A stretch of DNA of 64,000 bases from Sphaerodactylus townsendi (lineage: Eukaryota), in the NCBI RefSeq assembly GCF_021028975.2, contig NC_059434.1, forward strand, positions 88,722,001 through 88,786,000, read 5' to 3'. The number at the start of each line of letters is the position of its first letter. Position 1 is the first letter of the stretch. The notes under the pieces were generated by a model. It saw nothing but the letters and a program-made list of their open reading frames with translations. It was not told where the DNA came from and did not search any database. Of the stretch, positions 1 to 12,462 are shown piece after piece. The translations under genes and the position numbers were made by a program.

Positions 1-97
1 CCCTCTGCTGGAACACAGGCAGCAACGGAGGCTGCAGCAGGTAGCATGTGAGGCAAGGAGGGCACTGCTCCACACCCGGAGCCTCCCCCCCACTCAC

Positions 98-204
98 CTG
101 CACCCTGAGAAAGCTGCCCATCATCTGGTGGACCATGCAGCGGGGCTGGGCAGCAAGTCGGCAGCAGACACTTCCGTACAGGGGCAGCCAAAACGAGCTC
201 TCCT
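98..204 (-). CDS. RTKN: Rhotekin internal exon (end of anillin-homology domain / start of PH domain); next exon starts at ~7 and runs off the window
   Basis: ttccag acceptor and gtgagt donor; translation (E)ESSFWLPLYGSVCCRLAAQPRCMVHQMMGSFLRVQ matches human RTKN EENPAWLPLYGSVCCRLAAQPLCMTQPTASGTLRVQ. Confidence 0.93.
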
Positions 205-599
205 CTGGAAGACAAGAGGGAGCAGGGGGGGCTGGCATCAGGCAGGGAGCAGCCAGGAGGGGCCCAGAGCTGGGCGGGGCGGTGGGGGGCGGGCAGGGAG
301 ACAGGCGGGCCTTCAGGAGAAGAAAGCCAGTGGGTCAGTGTGGACTCACAGGCTCCGGAAGGCAGCAGCCCTTGGAGGCATGAGAGCCTCTGAGGCAGGC
401 CAGGGGAGGAAGAGCCCTCGGGGAAGAACCACCCCGCCCGGCTTTCATGCACGCCAGTTGCTGGACGCTAAAGGGGGTGAGGGTGGGGGGCGTGGCTCTT
501 CTGGAATCAGCTCCCGACAGCTCCAGTTAAATGAGGGTCACACAAAAGGAGGCCTCGGTGGCCTCAGGTTGCAAGGCCTGGCTGAGCAAGGCTGCTAAG

Positions 600-690
600 G
601 AGCCGGTGTTTTGGAGGATGTTGGTTCAGAGGGCCGCCATGAGTCGGAAGCAACTTGGTGGCACTCGGCATACACACAACACACACAAAG
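600..690 (+). mobile_element. 3' tail of Sauria SINE / RTE-BovB-type element
   Basis: agggccgccatgagtcggaagcaacttggtggcact followed by (ACAC/ACA)n tail. Confidence 0.55.
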
Positions 691-779
691 CAACGGATGA
701 GGTGAAAGACTTTGACTCGAGACCTTGCAGGGCTGCTGCCGCTCAGAGCAGGCGAACAGTTCTGACAACAAGGTACTTC

Positions 780-1290
780 ATTAAAGATTTCCGGAATAAG
801 CCAAGAAGTGGGAGGAAGGGCACTCCTGTGGACTGGAGCAGGTCAAACAGCAAGAAGCTGAGAGCTGGCATAAAGCGACAATCCCTGCCCGGGAGGGAAG
901 AGGGAAGCCAGCTCCCACAAGGGTCAGGACTGGGACCACCAACGTTTTATTTGTTCACAAATGTTCTGGATTTGGGACTTAATAGTTTAGCAGCCAAGTT
1001 TGCAGAGGATACCAAATGGCTCAGGATGGTAAAACCCAAAGTGGATTGTGAAGAGCTACAGGAGAATCTATCCAGACTGGGTGAGCGGCCAGCAGTGCGG
1101 CAAAGAAAGTCCAGTGCTGGTAAGTGGAAGGTGATACAGATTGGAAGGAAAAAATGCCAACTTTAAATACAGGCGGCTGGGTTCAGAATTGGCTGAGACC
1201 AAGACTGGGAGAAATCTTGATGACTCAGAGTGCAAACTCCGTGCGGAGGATTATCGAGAAAGGAGCTGAACATAGAACGGCCAAGGTTGA
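780..1290 (+). mobile_element. Degraded CR1 LINE reverse transcriptase fragment
   Basis: [39 protein letters not shown] motif in ORF 531..1166. Confidence 0.85.
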
Positions 1291-1294
1291 AATG

Positions 1295-1640
1295 AACATA
1301 AGAACATAAGAACAAGCCAGCTGGATCAGACCAGAGTCCATCTAGTTCAGCTCTCTGCTACTCGCAGTGGCCCACCAGGTTCCTTTGGGAGCTCACGTGC
1401 AGGAGGTGAAAGTAATGGCCTGCTGCTGCTGCTGCTCTGGAGCACCTGGACTGTTAAGGCATTTGCAATCTCAGATCAAGGAGGATCAAGATTGGGAGCC
1501 ATAGATCGACTTCTCCTCCATAAATCTGTCCAAGCCCCTTTCAAAGCTATCCAGGTTAGTGGCCATCACCACCTCCTGTGGCAGCATCTTCCAAACACCA
1601 ATCACACGTTGCGTGAAGAAGTGTTTCCTTTTATTAGTCC
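1295..1640 (-). mobile_element. Young CR1 LINE 3' end, same family as the MOGS intron copy
   Basis: [33 protein letters not shown]; (TTCTTATG)n tail; nearly identical to 24425-24771. Confidence 0.92.
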
Positions 1641-3079
1641 TCCTGGCACCCACCAGCAAGGCAGGGTCCGGCTGCTCTGGGACCAGGTCACCGGCAGGAG
1701 CTGGAAATAGCAACCAGAAGGGGCTGGAAAAGGGTATGCCTCAGCACTCCTGAATGGGTTGCTCCAACGGACTAGCAGTCCATTAGTGGCTACTAGCCAC
1801 AGCCATGGTGACTAAAGGGAACCCCTGCATCTGGAGGCCACGCGAGACGAAGGCCTCAGGCTCTGTGCCCGCCGGTTGTTGGCCCTCCAGATGAACAGGC
1901 TGGCCCGTTTGTGAGACGGGATGCTGGGCTGGACAGATGTTCACTGCTGTGATCCAGCAAGGCTGTTCTTATGTTCCCATGCAGGGTTCCCATGTGGAAC
2001 ACCACACCAGTCCCAGAGAGGGGGGGGGGCAGGCATCAGTGAGGCAGAGCGAACCCCAGAGCCAGCAGGGGCTGCAGAAAGGGCACCAGGATGCCCCACG
2101 ATGGATAAAGCCCTGAGGGGCAACAGGAGGCCGACACTCACGGCAGCCCCATGCGAACAGTGAGGAGGACCAGGCAGATGATGTTCCCCTCCAAGCAGGG
2201 AGGGTGGAGTCGGTACCAACCTGGTGGGAGGGCAAAGTGCAAGCCCCCGATATGGTCCTCCCATATGTGACGCACCTGTGTGTGCTCATCAAGAGAAGCA
2301 GGGAGGCGGGCTGAGCAAGGCCAGGCCCACATGCCCAGATGCAGGGAGCTGAGGGGGCCGGTCCAGCGTCCACACTGGCCATAGTGCTCCCCTCCGGCAA
2401 GGTGCTCCCAAGGTGTGACCAGGGACCTGAGAGGTGAAGCTGACCAGCCCAGAGCACCAGAGCCACACGTGGTCTCCAGAGGTTTTCTGGGGGCTCCACC
2501 TCTGACTGGTAGGGCAGGATGCCACCTCCTCCGTCCTGGGCCTCTAGTGGCCAGTGGATAGCTGGTACTATTCCCACACAGGAGGACTCGTGGTTTTGTC
2601 TGTTGCACCATCTCTGCGTGGCGGTGAACCCGGGGCCTGTGTCTGCAGGGGCTTGACGCAGGAGTGGGCAGAAGAGGGGCTCACGGGCGGCAGTCCCCAC
2701 AGGGGGGGTGGGAGTTTGAACACAGCTCCTCACAGCCAAATAAACATCACACCTTGACCTCAATGAAAAACTGGGGGGGGGGGGGGTACTGACAAGAGCC
2801 AAACAGTCAGAACTTTGCTACTTTTCCCAGTGGCAATTTCACCAACCTGGCATTTGCTGCTACTGCTGCTACTGCTACTCTGGAAGGTGCAAGAAAATGC
2901 TACGCACAAGAGCCCCCCACCGGCCCGGCCCTTTCCGCCCTCCCTCTCACAAGCTGCCAATATTCCCAAAATCACCCTTGCTGTCAAATGGCCATCCAGA
3001 CAGTCTCTGCTTAAAAGCTCAACCCCTCCCCCCCCGCCCCCCGCAAGGAGCCCTGTTCCACTGAGGAACCCCTCTAGCT

Positions 3080-4940
3080 GGCTGGAAGACCTTCCTAAAG
3101 TGTAGCCGAAAACTCTTTTGGTTTAATTTCAACCTTTAATTTCACTTTACTGTCTGAATGACAGCCCATTAAATACTTGAAGATGGCTGTCATATCACCT
3201 TCCAGCTGCTTCTTCTCTAAGACAAACATGCGCGGCTCCTTCGACCTTTCTTCATAGAACTTGAGCACTCCCCACTTTTCTCTACCCTCAAGCCTGGATT
3301 CTCAAAGCAGCTGACAAACCCCTTTCCCTCCCTCCCCCACAACAGACACCTCGTGAGGCAGGTGGGGCTGAGAAAGTTCGGAGGAAAAATGGGACTGGCC
3401 CAAGGTCACCCAGCAGGCTTCATGTGCAGGAGCGGGGAACCAAACCCAGTTCACCCGTCGGTTGCCCACATGGAGGAGGGCGGAATCAGTGCTGGCTCTC
3501 CGGATTAGAACTCTCCACCACGCTTGCCCACTACATCGCTCGCCACCTTCATGGGCCTCCTCCGGGCATGTTTCACAGCTTGTCAACAGCCTTTCTCAAT
3601 TGTGCAGCCCCAAAGGGAACCCAACGCTCCCAGGCATGAGCAGAGGAAAGCGATCAGGCCACTTCTGTGGAAGCCCCCCCAAATCGCATGTGGCTTTTCA
3701 GCCGAGCATTGCACGGCTGACCTCATGTGATCAGAGTATGGCCCATTAAGACCTCCAGTTTCTTTTTGCATGGGCTACTCCTGCCAAGACATGCCTCCCC
3801 GTCCTATAGTTAAACTTCACACTTCTCTCTCTTGAAAGGTTAATTTTACCAGTATTCGTTCCAGCTCAGTTTTCCAGCCTGTCAAGATCATCCTGTATCC
3901 TGATTCTGTCTCCCACCGCATCTGCTACCCCTCCCGACTGAGTATCATCTGCAAATGCAATGAGCACCCGTTCTATTCCTTCCTCCAAGCTATCAATAAA
4001 GATACCGAACAACACAGAGCCCAGCACAGATCCCCCACCCCCCATGTCACTCCAAGAGGATGCAACGGAACCACTAACATGCGCTCCTGGGGGCAGCCTG
4101 GCAACTAGTTACAATCGTGCAAGAATGTACTTGTGGTCCCTGGCCCAAGGGGAGTCCGGTTTGCCTCAAGCAGGGGGGATAGGACCTTTTCGGTCCTGGC
4201 CCCGGCCTGACGGAGCACTCTGCCCAATGAGACCAGGGCCCCGGGGGATTTAATGCCGTTCCGCAGGACCTGCAAGACAGAGCTGTCCCAACAGGCGTAT
4301 GGTTGAGGCAGCCACAGTTTTCCATCTGAGCCTCCCCCCACCCTTGGACCACCCTGCCCATCATCTCTGACCTGTCCAGTCTTTTGGTTAGCACTGTTTT
4401 TATCAGGCATGTGAGCATCACCAGGATTTATATGAATTTATATAGTTTTAAGTTTTTAATTTTATGATATTTACAGTGCTGATTATCTGTCATTGATTTT
4501 ATTTGTGTTAATGTCTGTGGTTGGAAACAGTCCTGAGCCCAAAAGGGGAGAAGCATGTCAAAAAACCCAATAATTTTTTTAAAAACCTCACCTAACAATA
4601 AAATGTACCAAACAACATTTTACCAACATGTCAATAGGGATATCATGTGGAATCTTATCAAAAAGCCTTGCTGAAATCAAGATGAACAATGGCCACACAG
4701 CCAGCCAGCGACAGATGCAGGCGGAACGTCAGGGGAAAATGCGACTAGAACATGGCCATACAGCTCGGAAACCCCACAGCACCCCTGTGCCCACAGCACT
4801 CCCCAAATCCAGCAAGCTAGGAACTTCCTCAAACAAGGACATGACTTGTTCCCCAGGAACCTTTCCTTGCTCTTAGTGATCGCAGCCGTCCTCTCAAACT
4901 GCTCAGGGACTGGCTGATTTGTGCTAAAACTTTTCCAGGT
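3080..4940 (-). mobile_element. Old CR1 fragments interrupted by a SINE (~3290-3530, -) and an L2 3' end (~4110-4570, +)
   Basis: Antisense LDFSKAFD (~4655-4690) and FADDT-like (~3940-3960) RT motifs; typical squamate SINE and L2 tail sequences between them. Confidence 0.7.
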
Positions 4941-5449
4941 GAGGACGCCAAGACGGGGGGGGGGGCGGGGGCGGCAGGGTTGCAGACAAACTCGGGGTGA
5001 CGTCAGCTCTCAAGATCCTCCTTTTCCCGCTGGGCTGAGGCTGGCCAGGAAAACGTTTGCCCACCTCCAACTCGGGATCTCGCCAACAGGTGTCTGCAGG
5101 TGAGAGGAGCCCACCTGGCCTACCGAGCATCGTCAAGCCACTCAGGCAGCCCGCCCGCCCGCCCGCCGGAGGAGGAGGAGGAGGAGGAGGAGCAGGCCCG
5201 GCCAAGAAAGACCCGCGTGCCCGGGCGGCAGAAGGGGCGCGAGGCTCGGGCGAGGGGCAGAGAGCGACCGGACGCCCCCGCCGGGTCTTCGTCTCCACCA
5301 CGGCTGGGGCACCACCACCGCCCGCCCCCGCCCCGGGCTCCTCCTGGCCAAAACGCCTCGTCGTCCACCCGCCCCGACCCTTCCCCTCGCTACTGCCTTG
5401 GGCCGGGGCGCCACGTGCCTGCCCGCCGCCGCCGCCGCCGCCGCCCTAC

Positions 5450-5560
5450 CTGCTCGGGCTGGGCCAGGAGGCTGAGCCGGCAGCGGCCCCGTCGGATTTC
5501 CATCTCCAGGGCGGAGCCGCGCGCCACCGTCACCCTGCTGGGCTGGTGCCGCTGGAACAT
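5450..5560 (-). CDS. RTKN: Rhotekin first coding exon (37 codons) in a CpG island
   Basis: MFQRHQPSRVTVARGSALEMEIRRGRCRLSLLAQPEQ followed by gtaggg donor; matches human MFSRNHRSRVTVARGSALEMEFKRGRFRLSLFSDLPE with identical length. Confidence 0.93.
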
Positions 5561-7849
5561 GGTGGGGGCCCCCCTGCCGCCCGGCCCGGCCCGGCCCGGT
5601 CTGACCGAGGAGCGACGGGCGCAGCGCGCGGGACTTCCTGCTCCGGCTGAGCCCGCCAGCGACGGCCGCCCCTCCCCCCGCACGCCGGCCGAGCCCGCCT
5701 GGGCGCCCTGGGGCTGCGGGTGGGGCGCTGCCCTGGCTCCGCCCCGCGGCCCGCGCAGGAGACCGCCCCGCCTAGCCCGGCCCGGCCCGGCCCGCCATCG
5801 GCGGCCCTTCTGTGGCGTCCGAGGAAGCCCCACTGCCCCGACGGGAGCGGCCAGGCCGAATCCCTGGGCCTTCCCGCTGGCGGGCTGTCGCCTGGCGCTT
5901 CCTCCTGCGGGCTCCGGGTGGGGGACTAAACGCCTCTCGGCCGGCCGGGTCAGGGGGCCCCGGGGTGGGGGAGCGAGCGGGGTACCTCTTGCGTGCCAAG
6001 TGCCGCTCCACTCTCGGGCTCTGCACCCCGCCCTGGCTCTTTGCGGCAGATGCGTTAGTCATGGCACCCCCCGCCCCCCCCCCGCGCTCAGCTTCCATTC
6101 CTTGTCTGCCAAAGGGTGAGGGGTGCTAGCTACAGGGAACCCCCACCCCTCAGCCTGAGCAGCACTCCCAGCATCTGCTGTGGCTTCACTGCCCAGTTTC
6201 TTGGGGGCAGCCCTGCTCTCCCACCCTCCACCCCCCACTTCTTGCAGAAAGCCTTGGTCCTTTCCCCCTTTGGGTCTGGTGGGCAGGAGGGCGCTTTGGT
6301 CAGGGGGCTCAGGGGGGCACTGACCATAACACTCGCCCTGTGGGCCTGGGAACGCCTGCTGCCCTCTGCCCTTTGGAAATGACGGGCGGGAGGGGAGGGA
6401 GGGGGGGCCGTGGCTGGCTGCGGCAGCTGACCCTCGTGCCCGCTGCCACACTGTCTTCAAACAGCCCCAGTGGAGCTCAGCTGTGGCTGGCACGGGGGGG
6501 GGGGTGGGGAGGAGGACAGGATGCCCATGCCCGCCAGTACCAAGCACTGGGTAGGCACAATACAGGGAACGGATCCACATATGAAGCCCTCTGTGCTTTG
6601 TGTGAGTCGTGCAAGACCCCAGGCCAATTCAGTGTCCTGGTTTGGGCCCACAGCCAGGTTGGAGTGGGGGGGGGAGCTCAACACCAAGGAGCAGCCCAGC
6701 CTCAGCCCCCCCCCCACACCCACACACCCGCCCCCAGGAGAAAGGCAGCTGCAAAGGAAGACAGAGAGCTGCTTTGCAGGGGAGATGCCCCCCCCTCCCA
6801 CCGTCCCATCCCGTCCCTGGCATCCCTGTCAAGGGCTTCAGCAGAGAGCCTCTCAGCTTGGGAGTGGCCTGGCGGTCAGTCAGCCGCTCACTTGCTTTCT
6901 GGAAGGGCTGCTGGCTCATGCCCACGGGTGGGTGGGGGCAGGAGGGCACGATCCAGAGGAGCTGTGCATGTGCGGTGTTGCGGAGTGGCCCAGGAGGCCG
7001 GGAGCACCAGAGATTCCCGGTCCCACCACGTGGTCCACAGACACCTGCCTGAACCCAATTCCCACATGCCTGATTAAGAGGGGGAGGGGGGGAGAAAAAG
7101 CTTAACTCCCCCCCCCCCGCATTTATTTTCTCACCTTATACCATCCTAGGAGCGGCCCCTGGCCTCCTGGGGAGCCTGAAGGGCAGCCACCACCTGTACC
7201 CTCTCCAGGCTTCTTCAGTGGGCAAAGACGACCTCCCTGCAGTTGCCTCAGTGGTGGTGGTGGGGGGGGGGGCGTGCAGGTCCCTTCTGGCCGTGGAGCC
7301 GTGGTGCTGATGTCCCCTAGCAGTTGAGTCCCCACTGCAGCACTCCAGCCGTGTGCCAGGCCCGGTTCTACGTCCGCCATGATTCCCGTGCTGTGTGTGT
7401 GTGTGGGGGGGGGGGGAGTAAGGTTGAGGAGGGGGCTCTGTTTGGCCCTTGTGTGAAACAGGGTGCTGGGCAGGAGGGGCTGTGTGGGTCAGGGGCACGA
7501 CCCCTTGCAGAAAGGCTGTACCCAGCCTCACCCGGCTATCATCAGCCATGCCCAGACGAGGACAGCCGCTCTTGGGAGGCAGGGGGGTGGGGCCCGCTCT
7601 CTCCTGCAGGATAGCCCAGCAGCAGCCCTGGGTTAGCTCTGACCGGGGGAGGGGGGGGGGCTGAAGAGGACTAGGAGGGCGCCAACTGCCCCGTTTGTCC
7701 AGTGTGCTTCAGCCACCTGAATGAATGGCATGAAGGGCCTTTGAAGGCTGGCTGCTCCTTAGAACTATTGGCCAGGACACTTCCTTGGACCCTGCAGGAG
7801 GGGGGGTGCCCAATGAAGCCCCCAGTTCTCCCAGATTGTCCATTGGGAA

Positions 7850-8065
7850 CAGTGAGAGATGCTGGACTCTAATCTGGAGAACTGAGTTTGATTCCCCGCT
7901 CCTCCACATCAAGTCTGCTGGGTGATCTTGGGCCAGTCACAGTTCTCTCAGAACTCTCTCAGCCCCACCTACCTTGCAAGGTACCTGCTGTGGGGAGAGG
8001 AAGGGGTTTGAAGACCACCTTGAGACTACCTACAAGCAGAGTATAAAAGCGGGGTATAAAAACCA
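7850..8065 (+). mobile_element. tRNA-derived squamate SINE (Squam-like)
   Basis: ggactctaatctggagaactgagtttgattcccc B-box region, ctgggtgatcttgggccagtcac core, and A-rich tail. Confidence 0.7.
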
Positions 8066-8973
8066 AGTGTGTGCGCCGTGGGTGGCTGTGGGGCTCTGTC
8101 TGCAAGACTCCCATTGCCTGAGGTCCTCACCATTCCCAAATTCCTGACCCCCCCACACCCCTCCCTTTGGATGTCTCTTATGGAGGACCACAGAGCTTAT
8201 ACCCGAGGACGGCCCCTTTCTTTGCTCCCAGGCAGCTTCATAGAGAAGCTGGGCCTGGACGCGGGTGTGCTTGCAGACCTCCTGCTTCTGTGGGACCCCG
8301 GTCAAAGGTCAGCATCAGGGTTTCTGTGTCTCCTCCTCATGCTAGTGCCAGTTCTGGGCTCACCACACAAGACACCAGGCAAAGCCCAAGGCCCCCCCCC
8401 CCCCACAGTCGGCTGCTATCCCAGCCCCTCCAAGTTCCACCTGCAACTCTCCCTCCCCCTGGAAGCCAGTCAGGCCAGGGAAGGTTGCTTCCGTCTCTCC
8501 GTGGAGCTGGCAGCTGGAGCCAACAGGCCTTGCCTTGATTTGCAGCTCAGCAACGTCTAGCTGGTGCCACACAACTGTGTCTCCCTGGCAGGAGCTCCCT
8601 GCCCCTCCCTCCCTCCCCACCCCACCTGTGAGTCCCCTGAGGTCCAAAGAAAGGACTCTTGTGTCTCCCCCCCCGCACCACTCACCTTGCTGTTGGGTGA
8701 AAGTGGTGGCGTGTGTGTGTGTGGGGGGGGTTGCCAGGGTGACTGAGCCACTCTGCTGGCATGGTTGGAGTGTTGGATGAGGACCTGGGAGCCTCCGGTT
8801 CGTTCAAGCCCCCGCTTGTGTTGTGGGAGCTTGCTCGGTGGCCTCTGGCAGTCAGATTGACCTCCCTCACAGGGTTGGAGTGTGGTTGAAATGGAGAAGA
8901 GAGCAGTGACCCCACTGGGGAGAAAGGCAGAATATGAACACATGAAGGACAGCAGGGTGTGCTTGCTCTAGGG

Positions 8974-9108
8974 CACAGGTGTCAAACTCGCGGCCCTCCA
9001 GATGTTATGGACTACAGTTCCCACCATCCCCTGCCAGCATGATACTGGCAGGGGGTGATGGGAACTGTAGTCCCTAACATCTGGAGGGCCTCGAATTTGA
9101 CACCTATG
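8974..9108. mobile_element. Palindromic hAT-type MITE
   Basis: TIRs ca(c)aggtgtcaaa / tttgacacctatg; whole element forms a hairpin; 8-bp TSD CTCTAGGG on both sides. Confidence 0.9.
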
Positions 9109-9904
9109 CTCTAGGGAGTGGGGAGTGGGCTCTCTCACCTGGGGAAGACTGAGGGGTCTCTGGAGTCACCAATGCAGTGGGCAGATGCAGCTTCTCCAGA
9201 GGGGTTGGGGAGGGCACTAGGAGGGAGGCGGTCAGCTGACTCGGGCCCTGGATGCCAGAGCAGGGGGCTGGGGCCCTTGCAAGGGCCCTACAGTCACAAC
9301 TGGGTAGGGCCCGCTGGGGAGGGGTGCTTTCTCCTGGGGCAGGGAGGGGCTGGCAGGCTCCTGGAGGGGCTGCTGGGTGTCACAGGGGGCATCAGGAACA
9401 GCATCGAGAGGCGAGGATGTTTTGAAGCAAATGATAAGGTTGCCCACTGGGAATGGTGGGAGATCCTCCAACCCCCACTGGATGGATATCCTGGGAGCCA
9501 GGAAGGCCGACTGACTTGCAGGCTCTGCTGAAATGCCACCAATTGATCCCTCCAGGCAGACAGACGCTTTGGGACTGGAATGAGGGTGGGGGGGAGCAGA
9601 CAAGGAGTTGGCATCCCTGGTCACGCCCCTTCCCACCCCCGGCCTGTGAGAACTGCAGGGCCACCCCCTCCACCCGCCAGACCCCGATTGGTTCTGCCTG
9701 CCCTGTCCATCACAGCCCAAGTGTCACAACACACCGCCTGGTTGGGACATCCCCCTGACCTGTCTGCAGCCTGGAAAAGCCAGCTGTGGCTTCTCTCTCC
9801 TACTGCTGGCCGCTGCGTAACTATACTCTGTAGGGAGCAGTTACTCCGCAGCCTTGAAGAGTATTGGAATGCTGCAGCTAATGCAGAATCTGCAGCTGCT
9901 AGAC

Positions 9905-10051
9905 CAGGGGTGTCAAACTCGCGGCCCTCCAGATGTTCATGAACTACAATTCCCATCAGTCCCTCCCAACATGAGCATTGGCTATACTGGCAAGGGCTGA
10001 TGGGAATTGTAGTTCATGAACATCTGGAGGGCCTCAAGTTTGACACCTGTG
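9905..10051. mobile_element. Palindromic hAT-type MITE
   Basis: caggggtgtcaaact...agtttgacacctgtg; near-perfect 8-bp TSD tgctagac/tcctagac. Confidence 0.88.
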
Positions 10052-10129
10052 TCCTAGACTATTGGTTGGAGCCGGTTACAGGAGCATTTCCCCCAAATAT
10101 GACAGCACTGATACTGGTTACTGATTTGC

Positions 10130-11212
10130 TCCTGAGATCAATTCAAGATGTTGGTTTGCATCTTTACATCTTGGCACCGGGGTATCGATGTGACCATCTT
10201 TTCCCATACATTCCTGGCCTGAAATTAAGGTTGTGGGAAGACGTCCTCCTAACTTACCCACCACTTAAAAATACACATTTGGTGGGCACACCAAAACCTC
10301 TCCAGGAAAATGCACCTAGCTCCTGCATTGTTGATCTTCAGGAGGCAGATTAAGACAATTTTATTTTGGAGATTTTATTTTATTTATTTTATTTAGGACT
10401 GCATTGTGATTGAGATTTCACTTTTATTGTTGGCAGTCCAAATGGAAGTTTTTAAACTGGTTTTATGGCTTTAAAATTCTTGTTTTTATGGGGTTTTCAT
10501 TTATGTCGCAAGTCACCTTGAGTTCCCCAAAGGAGTAAGGTGACTAATAAATATTTTTTAAAAAATTATTTACAGTATTTAGAGTCTGCCTTTCTCACTT
10601 GGACTCAGGGCAAATCACACACAGTGAGTCATCACAGTCAACAGGATGGGACATGCAATACACAATGAAATAGGATTTGGGTTGTGAAAATCTAAAAAAT
10701 AGAATTGAAGCAAAACATAAATGTCACCAGGACAGATTAAATTATACAAAAATTACATAGTAGAATACTACTTACAGAAAGCTATGCATATGGCACAAAT
10801 CACAGTCCTTTATAATTTATCCAAATACTTTCATGAATAAGTTTGTAAAGATGCAGAAGCCCCAACAAAAACCACTTCAGTTTTGCATAGTTTGTTCAAA
10901 GCCATGGGAGTGGGAGCCTTCCTGGCCTCCTCAGGCAGGCTGTCCCGCAAGGCAGCGCCACCACAGAGGAGCCACTGAGCAAGCAGTTGTTGATTTTGCC
11001 CATCTGCCAGCTGGCACCTCCGGAAGGCCCACTCAGATGAAGCCGTTGTGGCAGGACAGAGAGAGAGAGAGAGACAGGCCGTCTTGCAGATGCAAAGCTT
11101 GAAAGGCATGAAGGGCCTTGAATGTGACAACCAATAAACTTTTAATTGAGCCCAGTAACCGCCTCGAGCCCTTCGGGGGTGAGGCGGTCTACAAACAAAC
11201 AAACAAACAAAC

Positions 11213-11269
<57 letters not shown>

Positions 11270-11830
11270 GAAGGGCGGCCAGTGGAGTGACTGCGGAATG
11301 GGATTAATATGCACGCTCCATCTAACTCCCTATAATAAGCAAGGCATGGCTTTTCGCACCAGCTGAAGGGTCTGGATTGACTTTTGAGGGGAGACGAATG
11401 TACAGTGCATTGGAGTAGTCTAGCCTTGATGTTATTGTGGCATGGATCCAAATGCCCAGAGCAGCTGTATCAAGGTACGGTACCATGGGCAAGGCCGAGT
11501 TGAGAGAAACAGATTCCTGCAGCTGTATTAACTTGCTTTTCCAGCAATAATACTGGGTCCAGTAGAACCCCAAGGCTCTTCACCAGTTCTGCAAGGCTCA
11601 GATGAACTCCATCAAGGGGAGGGGGGGCGGAATAACATCTTTCCCAAACAGTTTCATCTCTGTCTTTTTAGGATTTTGTTTGCTCTTAGCCAGTTCATCA
11701 CAGCAGCAGCGATTTAGGGCCTCTCCCACATCACCAGAAAGCTTGGATAAAAATATATAGAGCTGGGTGTCATCTGTATATTGGTGACAACCAACCCCAA
11801 ACTACAAATTATTTCTCCTAAGGACTTGAA
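10130..11830. mobile_element. L2 LINE fragments (+ 3' end ~10130-10560; - ~10570-11830) with a short inserted tail
   Basis: Minus-strand IHATITSRLDYSNALY (L2 ORF2) and LRDSLPEEARKAPT motifs. Confidence 0.75.
11192..11268. repeat. Compound microsatellite (AAAC)n(TAAC)n
   Basis: Seen directly; forms the tail of a short LINE-end insertion. Confidence 0.95.
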
Positions 11831-12291
11831 AACTGCAGAAATATTCGATTGTTTTTAATAGATATTAAGAGTCAGTATTGCCTTTCTTCTCATCTTGCTT
11901 TAGAAAAGTTGAGGACATATTTATATTCTCATTCGTACCTTTGGATTGTTTCATTGAGAACCAATCACTTGTCTAGGTACTAATCATATCATATGATTGA
12001 AATAGGAGGGATTTAGAGTAAAATAAGATGGATATTTTTCCGTACAAACACACAACCATGATGGGCAAATGAGATTACTCTGGATGGAACTGTCAGAAGA
12101 TTAAGTAAGAGTCTTGGACTTATGTGCTTATCTTGAAAAGCAGTGGGACCGTCACCTGAAACAGGGTTTGCTTGTTAAATGTTCTAATATGATGCAATGG
12201 GAAGAAATGCTAGAAACTCTGCTAATATCAGCACTTTTGCAGTAACTGTAGACTTAATTCACATGCTTGTATTTTCTAACTTTCTAATTTT

Positions 12292-12462
12292 TTGGGTGCT
12301 GTGTGGTTTCCGGGCTGTATGGCCGTGTTCTAGCAGCATTCTCTCCTGACGTTTTGCCTGCATCTGTGGCTGGCATCTTCAGAGGATCCTCTGAAGATGC
12401 CAGCCACAGATCTGGCAGCATCTAAGTGCAACCATGGCTAACTCTTGACCGTGAAAGCCTTT
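12292..12462. mobile_element. Penelope-like element pseudo-LTR remnant with inverted hammerhead-ribozyme halves
   Basis: Perfect 50-bp palindrome at 12362-12411; CTGAAGA core; ends in ccgtgaaagcctt like the copy at ~55690. Confidence 0.75.

Noticed and set aside
2142-2426. Two exon-like segments on the - strand (2426-2276 and 2220-2142) with AG/GT borders inside RTKN
   Set aside because: No frame resembles RTKN, and the phase-0 reading of the first segment hits a stop; they cannot be supported as the missing exons.
5057-6129. Long Ala/Arg/Pro/Gly-rich ORFs over CpG islands (also 14755-16615, 24809-26470, 31602-33340, 38376-41232)
   Set aside because: Expected stop-codon depletion in very GC-rich DNA, or antisense shadows of real exons.
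7135-7240. Exon-like segment on the - strand (ctgcag...AAG|gtgaga)
   Set aside because: No recognisable protein similarity in any frame; such splice-like signals occur by chance.
8974-9108. Long hairpins as pre-miRNA or CRISPR-like repeats
   Set aside because: TIRs, 8-bp TSDs and dispersed copies identify them as hAT MITEs; this is eukaryotic DNA with no repeat-spacer array.
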